From assembly GCA_951406725.2 (NCBI GenBank), contig OX597816.1, positions 34,720,001 through 34,784,000 on the forward strand: a stretch of DNA of 64,000 bases, in the 5' to 3' direction. The stretch is from Octopus vulgaris. Taxonomy: Eukaryota. The notes beneath the pieces were generated by a model. That model was not told the origin of the DNA. It made no database searches and worked only from the letters and a program-made list of their open reading frames with translations. Each line of letters opens with the position of its first letter. Positions within the stretch are counted from its first letter, which is position 1. Of the stretch, positions 54,492-64,000 are shown one piece after another. A program made the translations under genes and the position numbers.

Positions 54492-55945
54492 CAGTTGCGG
54501 CCAAAATGTTCAGAACGGTATTGTTTTCGCCAGAACAGTAGATATAATTTTTATCAAAGTTGTTTTATAATTCTATAATTTTCACACACAATAAATACGA
54601 TATTAATTATTATTGTTCGAAATTTTGGTGTAATTTGAGTGGATAATACAAAAGTTATGGATGATTTAGTGATTTACTGCAAAACCCATGGCGGCCAAAA
54701 TGATCAGAATTGTTGCTTTTACTCCGTGTTTTAGTATATTTAACCGGCGATGTTTTGAATTTGTTTACGTGATTGTTCGTTTACTAAACATTAGTAAGAA
54801 TATCTGCAGTGTACTTTGTTAATATAATGCCACTTACTCCGTTACCAATTCGTCAGCAGATTATTAAGCTTCGAAGGAAGGATAATTTAAGTATTGGGTC
54901 TATTGCTAAGACTGTTAACAAGTCAAAAATTGCTGTTCACGGTATACTTAAGGTCTTCGATGATTGTGGTTCATGTGAAGCAAGAAAGTCTACAGGTAGG
55001 CCAAGAAAAATAATCAAGAGAGAAGATCGTGCTATGGTAAAGTTGGTTAAAAAGGACAGATTTAAAACTGCTGCTGCTGTTTCTCGGGAAATGAGCATGG
55101 TACTGAAGAAAACCTTATCTCGAAAAACTGTGTCTCATCGTTTAGTTGAACATAACCTACAAGCAAGATCACCTGCAGTGAAGCCACTGATCAGCTCCCA
55201 AAGTAAAAAGTATCGTCTTACCTTTGCAAACGAACATGTGTTGTGGTCTCAAGAAAAATGGCAAACAGTGCATTTCAGTGATGAATCTAATTTTATGCTA
55301 TTTGGCTCAGATGGGAAAAGGTACGTTCGTGTAAAAGTAGGTGAAAATTGTCGCCTAAATGCCTTAAGACTAGTGTTAAATTCGGTGGAGGAAGTGACAT
55401 GGTTTGGGGAATGATCTCTGGAGATGGTGTGGGCTCTTTGGTGCGATTACATGGAAAGGTAAATGCAGGAGTTTATAAACAACTTGTAAAAGATCATGTC
55501 TTGCCTGTGCTGAGAAGTTCAACTAAGCGACCACCCATATTCATGCAGGACAATGCCCCATGTAACAAGGCTAAGGTGGTCATGAACTTCCTCAAGGCTG
55601 AAAAGGCTATTATTATGGATTGGCCTGCTAAAAGCCCAGATCTCAATCCTATTGAAAATGTGTGGAATATTCTAGGAGAACGTTTGAAAGCCAGAAATCC
55701 TAAAACAACCGAGCTATTATGGAATGCCCTTCAGGAAGAATGGAATAAGATCACCTAGCAAGAAATTGAAAATTTAACTTCCTTATGCAGTCTAAGATGT
55801 CAAAGTGGGATTGAAGCTAAAGGGCTTCACACTAAATATTTAATAATTCCAGTATTCTCTGTCATTTTTTGATTATTTTGTTATTTTTTCAACCATTGTG
55901 ATCATTTTGGCCGCCATGGGTTTTGCAGTAAATCACTAAATCACT
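54492..55945 (+). mobile_element. Tc1 (DD34E, IR/DR type) transposon copy 1, right TIR truncated
   Basis: TA|cagttgcggccaaaatgttcagaa start with inner DR ggcggccaaaatgatcagaa at about 54690. Only the inner part of the right IR is present (55890-55942). Confidence 0.95.
54827..55842 (+). pseudogene. Tc1 transposase pseudogene
   Basis: GRPRK linker, FSDES, MQDNAP and SPDLNPIEN with D-34-E spacing, TKY end. There is a frameshift at about 55345 and a TAG at 55756. Confidence 0.95.
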
Positions 55946-55967
55946 AAATATATATATATTTATATAC

Positions 55968-56038
<71 letters not shown>

Positions 56039-56041
<3 letters not shown>

Positions 56042-57042
56042 TTGTTTATAAACTCCTGCATTTAACTTTCCATGTAATCGCACCAAAGGGCCCACACCAT
56101 CTCCAGATATCATTCCCCAAACCATGACACTTCCTCCACCGAATTTAACACTAGTCTTAAGGCATTTAGGCAACAATTTTTCACCTACTTTTCAACGAAC
56201 GTACCTTTTCCCATCTGACACAAATAGCATAAACTTAGATTCATCACTGAAATGCACCGTTTGCCATTTTTTTTTGAGACCACAACACATGTTCGCTTGC
56301 AAAGGTAAGACGACACTTTTTAGTTTTGGAGCTGATCAGTGGCTTCACTGCAGGTGCTGTTGCTTGTAGGTCATGGTCAACTAAACGACGATACACAGTT
56401 TTTCGAGATAAAGTTTTCTTCAATACAATGCTCATTTCCCGAGAAACAGCAGCAGCAGTTTTAAATCTGTCCTTTTTAACCAACTTTACCATAGCACGAT
56501 CTTCTCTCTTGGTCGTTTTTCTTGGCCTACCTGTAACCTTTCTTGCTTCACACGAACCACAATCATCGTAGACCTTAAGAATACCGTGTACAACACTTTT
56601 TGACTTGTTAACAATCTTTGCAATAGATCCAATACTTAAATTATCCTTCCTTCGAAGCGTAATAAACTGCTGACGAATTGGTAATGGAGTAAGTGGCATT
56701 ATATTATCAAAGTCCACTGCAAATATTCTTACTAATGTTTAGTAAACGAACCGTCACGTAAACAAATTCAAAACATTAGAGCTCGCCGGTTAAATATACT
56801 AAAACACGGAGTAAAAGCAACAATTCTGATCATTTTGGCCGCCATGGGTTTTGCAGTAAATCACTAAATCATCCATAACTTTTGTATTATCCACTCAAAT
56901 TACAATAAAATCTCAGGCAATAACAGATAATATCGTATCTATTGTCTGTGAAAATTATAGATTTATAAAACAACTTTGATAAAAAATTATATCTACTTTT
57001 CTGACGAAAATAATGCCGTTCTGAACATTTTGGCCGCAATTG
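56039..57042 (-). mobile_element. Tc1 copy 2, inverted, 3'-deleted
   Basis: Left TIR at 57042 followed by TA. ORF pieces 56244-56717 and 56039-56176 are highly similar to copy 1 and end at GVYKQL. Confidence 0.95.
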
Positions 57043-57065
57043 TATATAAACGTATGTACATATAA

Positions 57066-57605
<540 letters not shown>

Positions 57606-57826
57606 AATATACATATATAAATACAAATATATACATATGCATACATATATATATATATATACAATTATATACATATATATATATACATCTATATATATAC
57701 ACATATATATATACTTATACATATATGTATATACATATATATATGCATATATATACATACATACATACATATAATTATATATGAATATATAAATAAATAA
57801 ATATATATAAATATATATATATACAG

Positions 57827-57857
<31 letters not shown>

Positions 57858-58073
57858 TGTATGTATGTATGTATAATTGAATAGAAGTGGCTTTTCTGAT
57901 AATTTTACACTGAAATAAGATGTTTAGAAGTTACTTGTTTACTTGTTTATATCTAATTATTAAAGTGCAAACATTATCAGAAAAGCCATTTCTGTTCTTG
58001 TTTACAGTTATATAATACTGCACCAAGTACCGTCTATTTCTTATTCGACTCACGTACACACAGACACAGACAT

Positions 58074-58107
<34 letters not shown>

Positions 58108-58321
58108 TTGTATTTGTATTTAAATCATAATACATGGATGCAATTAAATCGGTAGCGCTCATAAAAAGATCCTTAATGTATCACTCTGCAAATCAAAGAA
58201 TACATAATTCGATACAAGAGGAAACGGTAAAGAGTGTTTAAACATCAAATATTGACAGAGATATGGTTTCTATTTCTCTGCAATTTGGAATTTATATATA
58301 TGTATGTATATATATGTGTGT

Positions 58322-58364
<43 letters not shown>

Positions 58365-58365
<1 letters not shown>

Positions 58366-58762
58366 CTCTTTCTCTTTTACTTGTTTCAGTCATTTGACTG
58401 CGGCCATCCTAGAGCACCGCCTTCAGTCGAGCAAATCGACCCCGGGACTTATTCTTTGTAAGCCCAGTACTTATTCTATCGGTCTCTTTTGCAGAACCGC
58501 TAAGAGACAGGGACGTAAACACACCAGCATCGGTTGTCAAGCAATGCTAGGGGGACAAACACAGACACACAAGCACACACATATATATATATATACATAT
58601 ATACGACAGGCTTCTTTCAGTTTCCGTCTACCAAATCCACTCACAAGGCATTGGTCGGCCCGGGGCTATAGTAGAAGTCACTTGCGCAAGATGCCACGCA
58701 GTGGGACTGAACCCGGAACCATGTGGTTGGTTAGCAAGCTACTTACCACACGGCCACTCCTA
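58365..58762 (-). mobile_element. Full-length SINE family B, inverted relative to 57197
   Basis: Reverse-complement match to 57197-57600. Confidence 0.92.
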
Positions 58763-58784
58763 CACACACACACACACAAACAAC

Positions 58785-58923
<139 letters not shown>

Positions 58924-59396
58924 GTTAAAAAAACACAAACTGGGACAAGAGCGTGAAACATTTAGAAGACGACATATATATATATATATATATATATATG
59001 AATGAATATATATAGCTTTCTTGCTAATTTTTACACTTAAATACTATCTTCATTTCTCGCTTGCTTTTTTACCTCTTAACTCAGTATAGCCGAACCTTTA
59101 GTCTTCCACATTTCCTATCGATCACATTATTGAATTTTAAATCTTTATACAAGATGATCCCCGTTCTTTATATACTTGAACGATGTGAACATTTAAACCA
59201 TATTTATAGTATAAAATCTTAGAAGCATTGTATCTTTTAAGCATGTTGTCTACTTCACAATTTTTAATTCTTGCCATTGATAAACAACAAAAAATTATTG
59301 TTGAAAAGTAGTTTGGTATGTAAGTAAATAAATTTATTTAAAACATTTACAAGTTTATCAATTTCAGGTGCATTTTCAACAATATGTTTTACTACG

Positions 59397-59450
<54 letters not shown>

Positions 59451-59879
59451 CAAAAATGCTAGTTCTAAAATTATTTTAGAAGATCAATGCAGTAGTTGTA
59501 GTAACAAGTAACGTTCGTAGCCACTTCAACATGACTGTCCATTCGAACGGACTTTGCTGCGATTTTATAACGCCGTGAGAATATCTCCTATGGCTGGTTA
59601 ACTATCCACAGCTGCATCCGAGATATTGCGAGCAGGGGAGCGAACCCCTACCACCTTCTAGTGACGGGACAATCAGACCAGCCTGGTTTCGGGCTATTTT
59701 TGTTTCTCTTCAGTACTGGACATCTCGTCAGCTAGAGACGAATTTTACATTACGATGTATATTATCATACACAGAAGGGACAAAACAGGACAATACAAAC
59801 AGTTATCGATATTGTGAGTTCGAATGATACTTAGGTTTAAAAATTATGAATGATATATAAAAAAAAAATGTTGGTGTTT

Positions 59880-60432
59880 TTTTTTACTTTAACCTGATGG
59901 GCTGGAAAGCCCAGCAACTACACCTTTTCCTTTTCCCATGAAGGAACAAGCTGGGTCAACTGCACCCACCGTTCTTACCACAGCTTACCTTCTGGGTCTA
60001 AAATGACTGTAGTTACCTGTACATCCAAGTTCTTCCTGAATAAGACCACCACTCGTCCTCCTCCTTGTCGGCTAGGAGAAATAAATTTCTCATAGCCATT
60101 TAGAAGAGGCGAGAACGCTTGTGGTCCGCTCATCTTGGACTCAGTTACAATGCACTCATCTATATCACGTGACATGAGGTCATCCAGGAGACAAGCTTGT
60201 TTCCATTTCGACCCCAGCCCACGCGCATTTATACTCCCTAACTTAATCACCATGGTAAAAAATGGAAAAAGGAAGAACTTACATTTGGAATTTGGAGAGG
60301 GGCTGCACTAATTCGGTTACCTCCTCATCTTTTACTTGCATTAGTGTAGCCGCTGGGCTTATTAATAATTTCTTTTCGGCCATTTCGGAGCTGACGTCCC
60401 TGATATCTTCTGGATACCTTTCCTTCAGCCCC
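59880..60432 (-). mobile_element. L1/Tx1-type LINE fragment (ORF1 end and APE endonuclease N-terminus)
   Basis: MVIKLGSINARGL..DIDECIVTESK..GGGRVVVLFRK..DPEGKL are APE motifs (NxxGL, E, GG.VA.L, D..GR). Confidence 0.8.
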
Positions 60433-60454
60433 TAAAATAGGCCTGCGTCCATAC

Positions 60455-60514
<60 letters not shown>

Positions 60515-60550
60515 GCGTGTGTGTGTATGTGTGTATGTGTGTGCGCAGTA

Positions 60551-60934
60551 TAGGAGCACTCCGTCGTTTGCGGCGATGAGGGTCCCAGCTGATACGATCA
60601 ACGGAAGAGCTTGCTCGTGATATTAACGTGCAAGTGGCTGAGCACTCCACAGACACGTGTACCCTTAACGTAGTTCTCGAGGAGATTCAGCGTGACACAG
60701 AGTGTGACACGGCTGGCCCTTTGAAATACAGGTACAAGAGAAACAGGAAGAAAGAGTGAGAGAAAGTTGTGGTGAAAGATTACAGCAGGGTTCACCACTA
60801 CCCCCTGCCGGAGCCTCGTGGAGCTTTAGGTGTTTTCGCTCAATAAACATTCACAATGCCCGGTCTGGGAATCGAAACCGCGATCCTCCGACCGCGAGTC
60901 CGCTGCCCTAACCACTGGGCCATTGCGCCTCCAC
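60551..60934 (-). mobile_element. Full-length SINE family C with perfect 10-bp TSD
   Basis: gtgcgcagta at 60541-60550 and 60935-60944; colinear with 9369-9753. Confidence 0.95.
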
Positions 60935-61450
60935 GTGCGCAGTACGTGTGTGTGCACATATATATAAATTAGGGCGGTGTCTCACTCGCACTCGTACACA
61001 AATACAACAGTGTTCTGTCTGCATATATTATATGCGTCCAGCAAATGTCATCAAAATTACTAGATTAAAAGCAGTTGGTAGATTTAAAAAAAGTTTCTAA
61101 TGACAAAATATAGTGGAAACATTCGATTGTATAATTAGCATTTACAGCAGAGACGAGAAAACCAACTACAAATGTAAGCAAAAGTAACATTGGAGGAATA
61201 TAATGATTATAATGTCAAGTAATAAATACCTTGCACGATTGGAGCAAAAAATATTACCTAACCAACTAGCTAATGAGATATCTACCTAGGTATCAGTTTA
61301 TCTATCAAATATATTTCCTTTATTTTTACCTGTATGCTTTACTACATTTCTTTCTTTCTCTCTCCATCTAAGCATTAGGGCCCACACACACGCACACTCT
61401 CACCAAATTATGCCTTTATGTTTATGCATACATACGTATCTCTATGTGTG

Positions 61451-61504
<54 letters not shown>

Positions 61505-61539
61505 ATATGAAAGAGTTATTCCCTACACATATTCTTTCT

Positions 61540-61700
61540 CTCTCCGTTATGTTTTTCGTTCTTTCTCAATGTTTTCCTCTCAACACTTACTATCGAAGAG
61601 CGCAGGCTAGAAAACTTTTATATTCTTTCCGAGCGTGAAACTAATCACCAGCTTGTTATTTCCTCAACTGTCTTCGTCTTTTGTTTTCTGTAAATTCTGA
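61540..61700 (+). mobile_element. Short PLE-derived repeat (family of 15081 and 41430)
   Basis: tcgaagagcgcaggctagaaa..ccgagcgtgaaactaat..ctgtcttcgtcttttg. Confidence 0.6.
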
Positions 61701-61723
61701 ATAAACAAATATATAAATATAAA

Positions 61724-61860
<137 letters not shown>

Positions 61861-61863
61861 ATA

Positions 61864-64000
61864 TTTGATTTTGATTTTGATTTTTCCAGTTTCAGCTTAT
61901 GAGCTGTGGCCATGCTGGGGCACCGCCATTTGGTGTTGCTACTTGGTTTCACTTCATGAAGGCTTTCTAGCAGCTGCTATTTGGTGCATGAGGGAGTTCG
62001 ATGCAGCTGCCCTCATCTGCCCCTCCTGCCGTGAAGTTGGTTCATCTGGGACACCTGACAGGAAGAGATCCAGCTTCATTTTAAAGACATCTGTATCCAC
62101 CCCATGCAGGTCTCTCGGGTTCTTCGGGAGGATATTGAAGAGCTGTGGGCCTCGGAAGCCCAGGCTATCACAGAATCTTGTCCTACATCTTGATGGCAAG
62201 ATTGGAGTCCTAGGCACCACGCAGTGGCGCCCAGTTCTGGCATTTGCGTAACTCTCGATGCCAAAGTTCAGGACACTTCCCTCCAGGATCTTCCAGATGT
62301 ATATTATGGCATATCTTTCCCGCCTACGCTCCAGGGAATATAATTTTAATTTCCTGAGTCTTTCCCAGTAGCTTACATTCTGCATAGAGGCTATCTTCTT
62401 CGTGTAGCTACGTTGGATCGCCTCGAGCTCTGTGATCAACTTGACACTGGATGGTGACCATAACTGAGAGCAGTAGTCAAAGTGGCTTAGGACAAGTGTC
62501 CTCCAGAGGACCATCATGGTTTCTTGTTCTCTTGTTCTAAAGGTTCTGAGGATCCATCCGGCCAGTCGTCTACATTTCATTGCCAATTTAGCAACATGTA
62601 CACGAAAGGTCGCGTCATCACTCATGTAAATACCTAGGTCACGCACTGATTGTGCCTCTGGGATTGCTATTCCTCCGGGTCCAGTGTATTCATTGGGTAT
62701 TGCATTTAGTTTTGCATGCTGATAGTATAGAGCTTGAAACTTTTCAGCATTGAACTGCATGCTATTCTTTTCGGCCCACTTGTATATTTTGTCTAGCTCA
62801 CATTGCAGGTGTTTAGTGTCCTCAGGGTTCTGTATTGCCTGTGAGACTTTTGTATCATCTGCATAATTTGTGATCGTGGCTCTCTGCGTGGCTGAGGGCA
62901 TGTCTGAGAGGGCCATTATGAACAGTAGTGGTCCCAGAACAGTGCCCTGCGGAACACCGCTCACTATTTGCGTGTTAATGGAAGTGGCCCCATTGGCCAC
63001 TACCACCTGACTTCTATCTTTCAGAAAGTCATGAAGCCATTCTCCCAGTTTTCCAACTATGTTGAGATCACGCAGTTTGTGACATATCATTCCATGATCG
63101 ACTTTATCAAAGGCCTTTGCAAAGTCGAGATATATCACTTCCACATTTGAGTGGTTGAGCAGCCGTTTCAGCACCCAGTCATAGTGTTAAACAGCTTCTC
63201 CCTGGTCGGAAACCATGTTGGGTGTCGGGCAGCAAGTCATTTTCTTCAAGGAAGGTGATCAGCTTCCTTCTGACTATTCGTTCCATGACCTTGCTGATGT
63301 GTGAGGTCAGAGAGATAGGTCTATAGTTCTTGGCTTCCGCTGTGCTACCTCCTTTATGAATGGGGCATATTTTACCTTCCTTCAGTTTTCCTGGAAGTTT
63401 GCCAGCTGCAAGGAAGCTCTGAAAGAGGAACTGCAGTGGTCTTGCTAGGACTCTCTTACATGCTTTTAGGAGGATTGCCGGGAATCCATCGGGGCCAGTA
63501 GCTGAGTCTGTTTTCATTTCATCTATAGCCTTGATTACATCGTCTTCCTTTATATCGATGTAATCTATCGTCGCCGCCTCTGATTTTATATCTGCAGTGG
63601 TAAAAAAGTCAGTTGGATTGGTGATTTGGAGATGCCCAAGGGGTGGAGTGAAAACACTCTTGAATTGCTCATTCAGTATTTCACTTACCCTCATTGGTTT
63701 TCCTGTAAGTGTGCCATCCTTTTCGAGGAGTGGCCCTATTCTACAGTGCACCGTAGCCGTTTCTTTGGCATACCTGTAGAAAGCTTTGGGGTTAGATTTT
63801 ATGTTGTCTATAGCCCAGGCTTCTTTGTCTGCTCTTTCCTTTTCATGGGAGAGTTTCAGACATTTTTCGATTTCCAACAGTTTTATTTTTAGGCGGGACT
63901 TTTCACTGCTTTCAATCTGTTTGTTTAGGCGATTTGAAAATTTTGTACGCCGTCTCATTAGAATTTTCCTCTCTCTGGGGATTTTGTTCTTGTGTACAGT
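61864..64000 (-). mobile_element. Young CR1-type LINE, 3' part (runs off the window)
   Basis: RT ORF, short 3' UTR with stem-loop, (AAAATC)n tail, inserted in (TA)n. Confidence 0.95.
61954..64000 (-). pseudogene. LINE ORF2 reverse transcriptase with a single frameshift
   Basis: GPDG, NYRPISLTS, QHGFRPGRSC, YLDFAKAFDKV, GVPQGTVLGPLLF, YADD and SLERRR. A frameshifting deletion lies at about 63185. Confidence 0.95.

Noticed and set aside
55889-56176. ORF fusing Tc1 transposase to poly-YI
   Set aside because: Read-through of the truncated Tc1 copy into a TA tract.

Overview
This is AT-rich eukaryotic repeat-dominated DNA. The SINE families and the density of (TA)n/(CA)n/(GATA)n microsatellites point to an octopus genome (inference). 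No host gene is confidently identifiable; one candidate exon lies at 21947-22078 (-). Nearly all ORF-track entries are microsatellite artefacts. The window contains four tRNA-derived SINE families, a young CR1-type LINE (61864-64000) and an old relic of one, an L1/Tx1 endonuclease fragment, Tc1 and mariner relics including an inverted Tc1 pair (54492-57042), non-autonomous Helitrons and many Penelope-like (PLE) remnants. The main hidden signal is a set of type I hammerhead ribozyme (HHR) motifs read directly from the sequence. Four have canonical cores, and two show natural covariation of the catalytic 3-8 pair (G3-C8, U3-A8). One HHR defines a 465-nt non-coding unit whose genomic copy starts exactly at the predicted self-cleavage site, which is a retrozyme/circRNA-like signature. 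A SINE and the CR1 LINE also share a 3' stem-loop with compensatory substitutions.
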